This document shows, one piece after another, positions 38,541 to 48,471 of a stretch of DNA of 64,000 bases. Origin of the DNA: an uncultured bacterium. GTDB taxonomy: Bacteria > Babelota > Babeliae > Babelales > Vermiphilaceae. A program made the translations under genes and the position numbers. A model generated the notes under the pieces. It did not search any database, had not been told where the DNA came from, and worked only from the letters and a program-made list of their open reading frames with translations. Where the stretch lies: the NCBI GenBank assembly GCA_963713925.1, contig OY970212.1, positions 288,001 to 352,000 on the forward strand, written 5' to 3'. The number at the start of each line of letters is the position of its first letter. Within the stretch, counting starts at the first letter, position 1.

Positions 38541-39097
38541 TTAAAAAGAGATGTTTTGGTGATGGGCCGGGCAAAGAGTTTTACGCGGAATATCATGACA
38601 ATCAATGGGGAGTTCCCGTGCATGATGATCGATTATTATTTGAAATGCTCATTTTAGAAGGTGCTCAGGCTGGATTGAGTTGGGAAACCATTCTCAAGCG
38701 CCGAGCAGGCTATAAAAAAGCATTTCACAATTTTGATATACAAAAGGTTGCCCACATAACTGATAAGCAGTTGGAAGCTCTGCTATCAGACACTGATATC
38801 ATTCGCAACAAACTCAAGATACACAGTGCGCGCACCAATGCACGAGTCGTGCTTGATATCATTAAAGAGTTCGGTTCATTAGACGATTATTTTTGGGCAT
38901 ATGTAAAAAATAAGCCGCTCGTCAATCGAATGAGCAGCTTGAAAGATTTACCAACGCACACACCAATTAGTGATGCTATTTCAAAAGATCTTAAAAAACG
39001 CGGGATGAGTTTTGTCGGTACGACCATTATCTATGCATTTATGCAGGCCGTTGGGATAACCGATGATCATTTGAAATGGTGTTTTAAAGCAAAATGA
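38537..39097 (+). CDS. tag: DNA-3-methyladenine glycosylase I
   Basis: YHDNQWG, LEGAQAGLSW, IIRNKLKI, FVG.T..YAFMQAVG..DDH...C. Confidence 0.96.
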   Translation: MIKKRCFGDGPGKEFYAEYHDNQWGVPVHDDRLLFEMLILEGAQAGLSWETILKRRAGYKKAFHNFDIQKVAHITDKQLEALLSDTDIIRNKLKIHSARTNARVVLDIIKEFGSLDDYFWAYVKNKPLVNRMSSLKDLPTHTPISDAISKDLKKRGMSFVGTTIIYAFMQAVGITDDHLKWCFKAK

Positions 39098-39117
39098 ATT
39101 ATCCCATGTACACATGG

Positions 39118-39164
39118 GCATCAATGAAAAGAGCGCGCGGATTGTGCACTCTTTTCATTGATGC
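39118..39164. terminator. Hairpin terminator between convergent genes
   Basis: GCATCAATGAAAAGAG..CTCTTTTCATTGATGC. Confidence 0.65.
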
Positions 39165-39178
39165 TATTGCTTGTCAAT

Positions 39179-39541
39179 TTACAGACCATCCTCTGTGCCG
39201 ATAGAAAATTCTTGGACTTGGGTCTTCCTGCATATCGAATAGAATTCCCCTCTGGGATATTTATGTAAAACGTCAGCTAACGTTTGCTGTGTGTCAACCA
39301 GACCTTCATATCTCCAGTGATCGTTTTGAAAAGTACGAACGCCGACAGAAACAGGATGATCCTTTGAAAGTCGTCTGGTTAGATCATCTATGGTTTGTGT
39401 TGAATGCAAGTACTCCGTTTGTTGAAAATCTTCAAGTGCAGAGATTTGGTTTACGGTAATTTTTAATATTTTTCCATTCTCGCAAGAGAAAGCAGTTTGC
39501 GTGATCAATGCGCATACGACAATGATAAGATATTTATTCAT
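39179..39541 (-). CDS. Secreted hypothetical protein
   Basis: Signal peptide ORF. Confidence 0.6.
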   Translation of the reverse strand: MNKYLIIVVCALITQTAFSCENGKILKITVNQISALEDFQQTEYLHSTQTIDDLTRRLSKDHPVSVGVRTFQNDHWRYEGLVDTQQTLADVLHKYPRGEFYSICRKTQVQEFSIGTEDGL

Positions 39542-39571
39542 AGCGATCTTTCGGGACAGTGACCAAGCAAT

Positions 39572-40465
39572 TTATTTTCTACAATTTTTATAGGCAAGAT
39601 ATGAACCTACAACAGCAAGTGCTGTTGAACTGGTTACCGCGAGTGGCTTCCAATATTCCTCTTTCCATTTGAAATTAGAAGTTTCTTTTGTTTTATCTTC
39701 TAATGAACTAAGTTGCTTTTCCATTTGTTGATTTTCTTTTTGAAGAATGCTCAAAGAAAGCCTTCCATGCCCTTCGTTAATCTTAGTTCGCACTTTTTTT
39801 AATTCTTCGAATGTCTTTTGAAGATTCGTATTATCAGGATCTTTTCGGAGATTATGTTGTAAGAGCTGTTCATCCCCTTCACTTTCTATAATCGTCTTTT
39901 GTAATTGCTCTTTATATTTTTTTTGGGCCTCGAGTTCTCGAATTTCGGCTGGCGTGAGGAGGTACTGAATTCCACGTGCAGCAAATGGAGCGAGTACCTG
40001 AGTTGCAACGGTAGGGACAAGTGCTTGTCCGAGTTGTAATGTCCCTAACCATACATTATGATCAAATGTTTTGGATTCTGCTTCAGCCTTCTTTTTATCA
40101 TTAAACATTTCCCTAGCCAAAGCTCGGTCATCAGCTTTATGAAACATGGTATTTTCGGCAAGATTTATTTCTGTCAGTAGCTTTTGAATCGCCAATTTTT
40201 GATATATCTTTGGATCGGCTTCTTCGGGAAGATTGGGATTATCGTGTGTTCTCGTATTTCGAGGTAGGGTGAAATGAGAGGAAGAGGCGCGGGGCGTTGT
40301 AGACTGCGGAGGGAAATGTGTTCGAGTCCTATCGTCTTGTACTTCTTCATCATCAATAATAATATCATCTGCATTTTGTGGATTGGTATCAGCAGCCTGA
40401 ATATTTGTTAATCCAAAAGAACTTATAATCAAAAGCAAAGAAAGAAAAGACAACCTTTTTTGCAT
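39572..40465 (-). CDS. Secreted coiled-coil protein with C-terminal anchor
   Basis: Signal peptide; WKPLAVTSSTALAVVGSYLAYK tail. Confidence 0.7.
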   Translation of the reverse strand: MQKRLSFLSLLLIISSFGLTNIQAADTNPQNADDIIIDDEEVQDDRTRTHFPPQSTTPRASSSHFTLPRNTRTHDNPNLPEEADPKIYQKLAIQKLLTEINLAENTMFHKADDRALAREMFNDKKKAEAESKTFDHNVWLGTLQLGQALVPTVATQVLAPFAARGIQYLLTPAEIRELEAQKKYKEQLQKTIIESEGDEQLLQHNLRKDPDNTNLQKTFEELKKVRTKINEGHGRLSLSILQKENQQMEKQLSSLEDKTKETSNFKWKEEYWKPLAVTSSTALAVVGSYLAYKNCRK

Positions 40466-40474
40466 ACACATTCC

Positions 40475-40924
40475 TTACAATATAAGCTTAAGTAATTTTT
40501 TCTCTTCTTTGTTCATTACTTTATACTCTGCTTCTGTTTCGTGATCATAACCGAGCACATGACAAATGCCATGCACAAGCAACACTTTCATGCGTTGTTC
40601 AAATGTGTGTCCCCAGCGCAATGCGTCGTGGAACACATAGTTGGGCGCGATGAGCAAATCTCCCAAGTTTTTATCTTCTTCAGATATTACTTTAATGCGT
40701 TGACCCGGCTTTAATTCTATATGAAACGGAAAAGAAAGTACATCCGTCGCTTTGTCTTTGTGCCGATAATCTTTGTTATACTGACGAATGGTAGAGTCTG
40801 AACACAGCCAAATGCCTAAATCAAAATCAGAATAATCAAGCGCATCAAGCACTATTTGCGCGTCGGTTCTCAATCGATTAACATCGATTTTTATTTTTCG
40901 TTGCGTATTACGAATGGTAATCAT
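40475..40924 (-). CDS. ybeY: rRNA maturation RNase YbeY
   Basis: YRHKDKATDVLSFP, LGD, VHGICHVLGYDH. Confidence 0.95.
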   Translation of the reverse strand: MITIRNTQRKIKIDVNRLRTDAQIVLDALDYSDFDLGIWLCSDSTIRQYNKDYRHKDKATDVLSFPFHIELKPGQRIKVISEEDKNLGDLLIAPNYVFHDALRWGHTFEQRMKVLLVHGICHVLGYDHETEAEYKVMNKEEKKLLKLIL

Positions 40925-40952
40925 AAATTCCGATCATTCTTAACGTCGATCT

Positions 40953-43448
40953 TCAGTCGACGCTAACGGTCATGTGCCATCCATCAGCGCGCTCTTCAAG
41001 CATATCGATAGCTTCAGCATCCGCTTGATATACAATTGAAATAGCTTGTGAAACGCCCTTAATGGTTTGTTCGCACATGCGTATCTGCTCAATCAATTTT
41101 GGATTGAGTGAACCGATGGTGAGTGTTTGAAGCCCTGTTTTGAGCGACAGTTGCCGCTCCGTTTTTAACTTTCTGATTTGTTGAACAAGCGCAATAATCT
41201 TACTGCCATATTCATGCGCGTGCATAAAGTTTTCGCGTGATTGTAGTGCGCTAAACTTTGTTTGATGCAATGAAGGAACGCCGATCTCTTTTTTGTAAAT
41301 CAATTGATAGAGCGTTTCGGTTACATGCGGGATATAAGGTGCATACATTTGCAAGATGCGCAATGCAACATGATACAAAGTTGCTTTGGTTGCTTTGACA
41401 ATCTCAGGAGAATAAAGCTCTGGTTTAAACAATTGATCTTTGATCAGCTCAAGGTAGTTGTCGCAAAAATTGTGCCAGAAACAGTGTTCAACGCGATCAA
41501 GCGCGAGACCAAATTCATGTTGCTCAAAATACTTGCGATATTGCTGATAGCATTCGCTTGTTTGATGAATGATCCATTCATTGAGCAAGCCAAGCTGAAG
41601 CCGTTCATCAGTTGGCTTGTATGAGCTGAGATGTTCTTCAACAAAGCGGAATGCATTCCACAATTTGGTCACAAGCCGTTGGCCGATTTTCAATTGTGTG
41701 TCAGAAAAAGCAATATCAGTGCCCAAGGATCCGGTTGCTGTCCAATAGCGGATAACGTCAGCGCTGTAAGTGTTGAGTAAATTTTCTGGTTCAAGCGGAT
41801 TGTTGCCTTGCGATTTTGAGATTTTTTCCTTATTGCCGGCAAGTACGTGCCCGGAAATAACAATATCTTTCCATGGAATAATGCCATCGTGCATCCATGA
41901 TTTTACAATCGTGTAGAATGCCCATGTTCTGATAATGTCGTGCGCTTGCGGACGCATTGCCATCGGCAAGAATTCTTCAATCCCGGTTTCAAATGGATTT
42001 GTATTTTTATCATGCAAGGATGCGCAAATATAAGGAGTTATTGATGATGTATTCCAGGTATCCATCACATCAGTATCAGGACGTAGATCTGTGCTTCCGC
42101 AACCACATGACGGGGCCCCCGTGCCTTTAGCATGGGGTATATTTCCTGGAAAGCTTTGTTCTTGTGGATCAACTGGCAATGACTCTAGTGGAGCAATGAG
42201 CGGTTTGTCACACTTGTTGCAGTACCACACCGGAAATGGAATGCCAAAAAAGCGTTGGCGGGATAAGCACCAATCCCAAGAAATATTTTCAACCCAGTTT
42301 TGATATCTACTTTTCATGTAGGCTGGATACCAATTGATTTGATCGGCAAGCTCGATAAACGTCTTTTTATAATCCATAATATTCAAGAACCATTGAGACA
42401 TATTCATGTACTCAATTTCTTTCTTACAACGTTCATGGATATTGACTGAATGTATAATTGGCTTTTGCTCAATCAAAAGATTCTGTTCTTTGAGTTTGGC
42501 AATAATTGCTTCTCGAGCTGGATGAACCTTTAACCCACCAATGAAAGGTATATCAGCCTTGAATTTGCCATCAAAACCAATCGATTGCTTATATTCAAGT
42601 TTATGTTTTTTATACCATTCAATGTCAGTCTTGTCGCCGAAGGTACAACACATAACAAGGCCCGTGCCTTTGGTCGGTTCAACTTTTTCATCAGCAATAA
42701 CAGGTACCGTGAAATTAAATAATGGCACTTTTGCCCGCGTGCCGGCCAGATGCGTGTATCGTTTATCGTCAGGATGATAGAAGAGCGCAACGCACGAAGG
42801 AAGCAACTCTGGGCGCGTGGTGCCAATTAATAGATCATTACCATTTTCATCTGAGAATACGATAGTATTAAAAAATGAGGCAACCTGTGCGTCTTCGAGC
42901 TCGGCTTGGGCCACTGAGGTGCGGTCGGTGGTGCAGTAGAGGGCAGGCTCAAGTTTTTTATAGACCAATCCTTTATTGACGAGGCGAATAAACGATTCTT
43001 GAGATAGTTTGCGAACGTTGGGAGCTATAGTCGAATAGGAAAGATCCCAGTCAACAGAGAGTCCCATTTTTCGCCAAAGCTGAATAAACTGCTCTTCGGC
43101 AGCATGGCTTTCTTCCAAACATATTTTGATAAATTCTGATCGAGGAAGCTGATGGGCAACAATCTCACGTTTTTTTTCAACAAAGCGCTCAGTTGCAAGG
43201 CCGTTATCATCAAACCCAAAGGGGTAAAAGACAGACTTGCCATCCATCCGCGCAAATCGGGCACTGATATCCGTTTGGGTGTATGAAAAAATATGGCCGA
43301 TATGGAGCTTGCCGGAAACGGTCGGCGGAGGTGTGTCTATTGAATATAAAGGTCCGGGATTGTGTTTGGCCTTATAAGTTTCCTGCTCTGTCCACAGCTC
43401 GTGTGCCTTTTTTTCGTGTAATTTTGAATCGTACTGTTTTTCCATCAT
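40953..43448 (-). CDS. valS: Valine--tRNA ligase (archaeal/type 2-like, no C-terminal coiled-coil arm)
   Basis: IDTPPPTVSGKLHIGH, DDNGL, GTGLVMCCTFGD, DWCLSRQR, KISKS. Confidence 0.95.
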   Translation of the reverse strand: MMEKQYDSKLHEKKAHELWTEQETYKAKHNPGPLYSIDTPPPTVSGKLHIGHIFSYTQTDISARFARMDGKSVFYPFGFDDNGLATERFVEKKREIVAHQLPRSEFIKICLEESHAAEEQFIQLWRKMGLSVDWDLSYSTIAPNVRKLSQESFIRLVNKGLVYKKLEPALYCTTDRTSVAQAELEDAQVASFFNTIVFSDENGNDLLIGTTRPELLPSCVALFYHPDDKRYTHLAGTRAKVPLFNFTVPVIADEKVEPTKGTGLVMCCTFGDKTDIEWYKKHKLEYKQSIGFDGKFKADIPFIGGLKVHPAREAIIAKLKEQNLLIEQKPIIHSVNIHERCKKEIEYMNMSQWFLNIMDYKKTFIELADQINWYPAYMKSRYQNWVENISWDWCLSRQRFFGIPFPVWYCNKCDKPLIAPLESLPVDPQEQSFPGNIPHAKGTGAPSCGCGSTDLRPDTDVMDTWNTSSITPYICASLHDKNTNPFETGIEEFLPMAMRPQAHDIIRTWAFYTIVKSWMHDGIIPWKDIVISGHVLAGNKEKISKSQGNNPLEPENLLNTYSADVIRYWTATGSLGTDIAFSDTQLKIGQRLVTKLWNAFRFVEEHLSSYKPTDERLQLGLLNEWIIHQTSECYQQYRKYFEQHEFGLALDRVEHCFWHNFCDNYLELIKDQLFKPELYSPEIVKATKATLYHVALRILQMYAPYIPHVTETLYQLIYKKEIGVPSLHQTKFSALQSRENFMHAHEYGSKIIALVQQIRKLKTERQLSLKTGLQTLTIGSLNPKLIEQIRMCEQTIKGVSQAISIVYQADAEAIDMLEERADGWHMTVSVD
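42112..42138. repeat. Family A hairpin in-frame in valS
   Basis: GGGGCCCCCGTGCCTTTAGCATGGGGT; similar to intergenic GGGTCCCATGCCTTAGCATGGG at 63515. Confidence 0.65.
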
Positions 43449-43538
43449 AGTCTTGCACCTGAAAAGATTTTTTTTCTAGTATACAGGAGCTGTATAGTTT
43501 GACTATGAGAAATGAAAAACCTTTGTAGAGGTGGGGCT

Positions 43539-43868
43539 ATGGATCTATCGTTCTTGAAAAATAAAGATTTCTATTTCTGGTCGCTTGTATATTTTTCGCC
43601 ACTATTCGTTTTTTTAGCGCATGTATATCATTTTTTCACCTTTTCTCCATTGCTTCTCGCGGCAGCTTGGTTTCTTACGCTGTTCTCGCTTTCTAGGCAA
43701 GATGAGAGTGGACCAATTTTTGGACTTGCCACTCTATCATTTGGTTTGACTCGAATACTGCAAAGTATTCCGTTTGGAAGAGCAATAGAGATATTGATTC
43801 TTGTGGCAGTGCTTCCGGTTATTGGCGTGATACTTGCTTTGCGTAGGTCGGAAAAAAAGACATTGTAG
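43539..43868 (+). CDS. Small membrane protein
   Basis: About four hydrophobic segments; GAGG RBS. Confidence 0.6.
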   Translation: MDLSFLKNKDFYFWSLVYFSPLFVFLAHVYHFFTFSPLLLAAAWFLTLFSLSRQDESGPIFGLATLSFGLTRILQSIPFGRAIEILILVAVLPVIGVILALRRSEKKTL

Positions 43869-43883
43869 AAGCGAGTTGATTCT

Positions 43884-44264
43884 CTATAAGTTCCTTTTGA
43901 TTTGCACTTGCAGATTTGAGTAAGTTTTACCGGCTTCTAATTGCAAAAGCCTCTTGATTGAAACTACGTCAGTTTTTGCATTTGCATCTTTGCATTGCAC
44001 AATGGCATACGTGCCCATCGTATCTTCATCATGTTCTCCAACGGTAAACAGTTCCAAGCAAAAGCTTCCGCATTCTTGCGCTTCAAAGCGGGCTAAAGTT
44101 TGAGATTTAATGGTTACGTCGCGCGCTGGCAGCATCTGGGACGCTGCTAAAATACGGCATGAATTCGGTGTATCATTCATAAAAAAAATCTTCGCTTTAT
44201 CGGTGTCCGAGGCGAGAATGCCTTGCATACAAAGCAATGTGGCAATCATTATGCTTTTTTTCAT
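43884..44264 (-). CDS. Secreted hypothetical protein
   Basis: AAGGA RBS; signal peptide. Confidence 0.65.
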   Translation of the reverse strand: MKKSIMIATLLCMQGILASDTDKAKIFFMNDTPNSCRILAASQMLPARDVTIKSQTLARFEAQECGSFCLELFTVGEHDEDTMGTYAIVQCKDANAKTDVVSIKRLLQLEAGKTYSNLQVQIKRNL

Positions 44265-44283
44265 AGAATTCCTTTTTATTTGT

Positions 44284-44346
44284 GGGGGTCCCCATCGCCT
44301 GTCACGCCATAACTCGGAGAGTGGCGGCGGAAGCCTCGAGATGGGG
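44284..44346. repeat. Family B nested in family A
   Basis: GGGGTCCCCATC[CCTGTCACGCCATAACTC..GAGTGGCGGCGGAAG]..GATGGGG. Confidence 0.7.
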
Positions 44347-44350
44347 CGAT

Positions 44351-44575
44351 TTATATCACATGCAAGATATAATGCTGAACCACGAACAATGTGAGCGATC
44401 CAATTATGATAGCCGTCATGTACCCAAATAGTCCTTTTTTAGGAAATATGTGATTATCTAATATCTCTTCGATGCCCCAGCTCACGCAGATGAGACTGAG
44501 CGCGATTACGACTGCAACGAGCGCTTGATGATGATCAGCAAAGGTGCTTATTTTGGTAAACAGTTTTTCAAACAT
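44351..44575 (-). CDS. Small two-TM membrane protein
   Basis: GAGGGAG RBS; two hydrophobic helices. Confidence 0.65.
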   Translation of the reverse strand: MFEKLFTKISTFADHHQALVAVVIALSLICVSWGIEEILDNHIFPKKGLFGYMTAIIIGSLTLFVVQHYILHVI

Positions 44576-44783
44576 AGATAATTCTCCCTCTTTTTTTTAT
44601 ACCCCATAATCAGTGTGGGGAACCCCCAGTTAAATACCCCGTATTGCTCCCCTTTTGTATGAAGGTTACAACAGAGAGCATGTTAATTTAAAGTGTCCGA
44701 AAAAAGAGGCTTTTGACTATGGCGATATTTTCAGGTAGAATATATAATATTGATCGATTAATGAGATCTTTTTGGAGGTTTTT

Positions 44784-45362
44784 ATGAAACTATTGTATGG
44801 AATACTCATTTCTTTCGGGTTCTTTCAAATGTATGGCGCTGATAAAGGCACATCAATAAATGAATTGGTTATGTATCTGGAAAAGCTTGAAAAAAGAAAC
44901 GATATGGATGGCAATGAAAAAGTTCAACATGCGCTCGAGTTCTTCGGTGGCAACAAAGGCTCAAAGACCTTGTCTGACTTAGCCTATAAGGTAGCATCAT
45001 TGCAAAAAGATGAATATACGGGTAGGAAAAACCCGCTTATTGCCAATTTATTAGAACAAGATAGCCCATCAAGTGTGAATCAAGTGAAAAACCCTAAAAA
45101 ATCAACCGCTTCTGACAATAAAGAAAATCCGCCTTTAGACTTAAAAAGCATTAAAAAAATACTTGATATCAAATTAGGTAATAATGCGAGTCAAGATTTT
45201 GAAAGATATTTATACAATGGAAATCATTATATAGTCATGCCGGTTCAGGAAGCTATTCAAAAGACTGTAAAGCAACATAAAATGCCAATCACCGATTCCG
45301 AAGTTAAACGAGATGTTAGTCAAATGTTTGGTTTGAATTTCGAAGGGCTTTCCTTGAATTGA
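44784..45362 (+). CDS. Secreted hypothetical protein, tandem paralog 1
   Basis: MKLLYGILISFGFFQMYGADKG; shares LSDL..KVA and YLY with the next gene. Confidence 0.7.
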   Translation: MKLLYGILISFGFFQMYGADKGTSINELVMYLEKLEKRNDMDGNEKVQHALEFFGGNKGSKTLSDLAYKVASLQKDEYTGRKNPLIANLLEQDSPSSVNQVKNPKKSTASDNKENPPLDLKSIKKILDIKLGNNASQDFERYLYNGNHYIVMPVQEAIQKTVKQHKMPITDSEVKRDVSQMFGLNFEGLSLN

Positions 45363-45478
45363 TTACGCAATTATGATTCCACTCATCTTGCAGAACGGGC
45401 AGTGGACCAACTTTTGCAAAAGCAATATGTATAGAAAATATAATATTAAATAATTCCTTAGATATTTTGGGGGTTTTT

Positions 45479-46087
45479 ATGAAACCATTATACGCAATAC
45501 TCATTTCTTTCGGATTCTTTCAAATGCATGCTGCTGACAAAGGCTCATCTGTAGGCAGATCAGTTACTTATCCAGAATCTCTTGGACAAGACAAAACTAT
45601 TAGTCCTGAAATACGAGAGTCGCTCAACTTATTGTTCAGTTTGAGAAAAAGCTCGGAATCTTTGTCCGATTTAGTTGATAAAGTAGCTCAACAAATCCCA
45701 GCATTGCTAAAATTAGAAAAGGATGCAGATACAAATTCTATTGCAAATTTGAATGCCATTAAGCCAGTGGAAACATTTACCACATCAATCAAGCCTTATA
45801 TTGGAAGAGAAAAACCAAGAAAGGTTGTAAGTCAGAATCTTGATATCCTCTTAAACAACAAAAGTGCTGGAAAAACTTTTCAAGATTATTTATACGATAA
45901 GACGAAACCACGTATTGGCTTTAGAGAAGCTATCCGATTTACTATAGAAGATTATAAAGATGGCATTGACGAGCCGGAAATTATCTATTTACTTAACCAA
46001 TCCATTTCCCGTAATCTAAGTAAAGAAGGTTTTGAAGTAGGGTCATTTAAGTATAATCCCAATCGCACTGATTTGACGAAAAAATGA
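45479..46087 (+). CDS. Secreted hypothetical protein, tandem paralog 2
   Basis: MKPLYAILISFGFFQMHAADKG. Confidence 0.7.
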   Translation: MKPLYAILISFGFFQMHAADKGSSVGRSVTYPESLGQDKTISPEIRESLNLLFSLRKSSESLSDLVDKVAQQIPALLKLEKDADTNSIANLNAIKPVETFTTSIKPYIGREKPRKVVSQNLDILLNNKSAGKTFQDYLYDKTKPRIGFREAIRFTIEDYKDGIDEPEIIYLLNQSISRNLSKEGFEVGSFKYNPNRTDLTKK

Positions 46088-46783
46088 TCGCCCGGATCTT
46101 CGTGACGAGCAGTATTTGTTGTTATGCAATGTGCATGCGGCGCTTTCTGTATCGATGAAAGATTGGCGGATGCCGAGATCAAGCAACTGGTGTTCGACAC
46201 ATCCGAGTAGATCAAAAAAGAATTGATCGTTTCGCTTTATTATATTCCCGACGTACATGTCGGGAATTGTTTTTATAAACTCAGGACTCACTTCGTAACA
46301 ACAGATTCGCGCACAGGGTCCAATCCACATGCGCATGTCTTTATATTTGGAACCAAATGATTCGTGCATATGTCGACATGCGTTTGCTACGACGTTATTA
46401 ACCGCCCCTTTCCAACCGGCATGCACGGCGGCGATGGCCGATTGTATCGGATCATGGATGAGCACCGGCACGCAATCCGCAGTCAACACTCCAATTGCTA
46501 TGCTCTTGCATTGGGTAATTAAGTAATCGCCCGTAACCGAAAAAGATTGAAAAAGATTACGATCTTTTTCTTCAATAATGGCCCCATGGTTCGCGTGAAT
46601 TTGATGCAGAAAAAAAAGATCGCTCACACCGAGTTTCGATGCGAGCGATTGGATTTGATTTCTTGACTGTAGAGCCTGATCATACGATTCGACTAAAGCT
46701 TTGCCATCAACGGGCGTTGATGCATCGCCAAAGAAAAATCGAATATGTCCAAACCCATGGATCATACGAAACTCATCGTGCAT
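46043..46783 (-). CDS. pgeF: YfiH/PgeF family protein (peptidoglycan editing factor / purine nucleoside phosphorylase)
   Basis: QIH, TADCVPVL, VHAGWKG, IGP...CCYEV, CT...SSRR. Confidence 0.92.
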   Translation of the reverse strand: MHDEFRMIHGFGHIRFFFGDASTPVDGKALVESYDQALQSRNQIQSLASKLGVSDLFFLHQIHANHGAIIEEKDRNLFQSFSVTGDYLITQCKSIAIGVLTADCVPVLIHDPIQSAIAAVHAGWKGAVNNVVANACRHMHESFGSKYKDMRMWIGPCARICCYEVSPEFIKTIPDMYVGNIIKRNDQFFFDLLGCVEHQLLDLGIRQSFIDTESAACTLHNNKYCSSRRSGRSFFRQISAIGIILK

Positions 46784-47231
46784 GCATACGAATGATGCCG
46801 ATAAGCTGAGTAAGATGAATCTTAAGTTCTTTGAGCTGTTTGACGAGAGGGTCAGTTTTTTCTGTGAGGTAATTGCAGGCAGTCACCTCACAGGACCAAG
46901 GCGCATTTTTTGCGTTGTATAAATTGCTATGTAAAAAATTTAATAATAAATCTAATTGTTCATTGTCACGTTCCAATTGTAGAGATAACTCGTTCAAATT
47001 GCCGAAATAATAAGGCAGTTGCGCGCGCAAATTCGGATTCATGTAGGGGGGGTGATCGAGCTTTGCCATAACCGCTGAAATTAATGCAAGCTTTTCACCG
47101 CATTCAATCAAGAAAGATTCTCCAAGCCCAACAACCCCTGCCGGATTTTTCCCGTAAAGATCGCTGTATGAATAATATTTTGCATCAATTGAAGGAAGCG
47201 CCATAAGCGCGAGAAGCATAAATCTTTTCAT
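46773..47231 (-). CDS. Secreted hypothetical protein
   Basis: Signal peptide MKRFMLLALMALPSIDA. Confidence 0.65.
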   Translation of the reverse strand: MKRFMLLALMALPSIDAKYYSYSDLYGKNPAGVVGLGESFLIECGEKLALISAVMAKLDHPPYMNPNLRAQLPYYFGNLNELSLQLERDNEQLDLLLNFLHSNLYNAKNAPWSCEVTACNYLTEKTDPLVKQLKELKIHLTQLIGIIRMHAR

Positions 47232-47252
47232 AGTTGTTACTTTCGATGTCTA

Positions 47253-48329
47253 TTAGTTGCGAAAATGGATTGTGATGTTTGGATTTGCATCATGAAGTTG
47301 TGCAAGCAATCTTTCATATTGCAAACGAAGCTCACGTTCTTTAAGCTCGTTTTGCTCTTGGAGATAGTAATTTTGTTGTCTGATTGCTTCCAATTTTGCT
47401 TGCTCTATGCGTTTGATTTCTCGTTCAAGTTCAAGCTGGCGCTCAAGCAATTCTTGATGTGCTTTGAAATATTTTTCTTGCGCGAACAAATCAGAAGTTT
47501 GCACCTGCGCGATAAGAGCCGCAAAATAGATATTCAAACGTTCATAGACTGGATAAATGTTGCCATACGCAGGAATCCATTCGCGTCTGATGTCGGCACC
47601 GGCGCTTTTAATTTGTGCATGAATTGATTTCATATCATCAAGATATGCATGCCAAATATATTTATAGTTGCGTGCGAGCAACGGGCTGATTTTGATAAGT
47701 TCCATGGAGATCGGGCTATTGTTGTAGGCGATTGAATATTCGTATTGGAATTTGTTGTATGTCTTATCAAGCACGCGGCCGAGCTCAAAATAGGCGGCAT
47801 GATCTTTTATAAAGCGTTGTGCATATAAAAGTGCCGGTTGTGTCATATGAAGTTCGGTCTTGAGTGCGTCCATTTGACCAATTTTATGGCGTGCTGAAAT
47901 ATCTTGATCTTTGCTCAATTTAGCAATTCGACTTGAAAGTTCGTGCTGAGTTTTGTCGAAGGCATCGATGACAGCATTAATGTGCTTCGAGATATTCGAA
48001 ATATCGGCTCCGCCAGCGGCATCAATGCTTCGTTGGAGGTTATATGCGACGGAAGCATAATCGGTATATGAGTGTGATGATAGATCGGTGATAAGCGATT
48101 TTAAAGTGTATGTATAATCAAGAAGATCATTTTTTACATTCGCGATAAGTTGTTCATCGGTTGGTGTTATAAGCCAGTTAACCAAATATGCTCCACCAAT
48201 CAAACTTGCAAGAGCGGCTGCTCCAACCCCGATAGTGGCCATGATATTATTGTCATCAAATGCTTTTACTTTCGGTTGCACGGATGTTAGTAACAAACCG
48301 GAAAGAACCATCATGTGTAAAGTCTTCAT
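47253..48329 (-). CDS. Secreted membrane-anchored helical protein
   Basis: Signal peptide, second TM segment, C-terminal coiled coil. Confidence 0.7.
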   Translation of the reverse strand: MKTLHMMVLSGLLLTSVQPKVKAFDDNNIMATIGVGAAALASLIGGAYLVNWLITPTDEQLIANVKNDLLDYTYTLKSLITDLSSHSYTDYASVAYNLQRSIDAAGGADISNISKHINAVIDAFDKTQHELSSRIAKLSKDQDISARHKIGQMDALKTELHMTQPALLYAQRFIKDHAAYFELGRVLDKTYNKFQYEYSIAYNNSPISMELIKISPLLARNYKYIWHAYLDDMKSIHAQIKSAGADIRREWIPAYGNIYPVYERLNIYFAALIAQVQTSDLFAQEKYFKAHQELLERQLELEREIKRIEQAKLEAIRQQNYYLQEQNELKERELRLQYERLLAQLHDANPNITIHFRN

Positions 48330-48471
48330 AAAAAATTCCTTATGTAATAAGACTCAAAATCATGTATATCATAGTATAATGCTATCTCTTACTACAAAAT
48401 CCATTTTTTATGATGTTACCATAATTTATCGGGGCTCCCAAGCTGACCATAGCGAGCGTGGGGTAGTTTTA

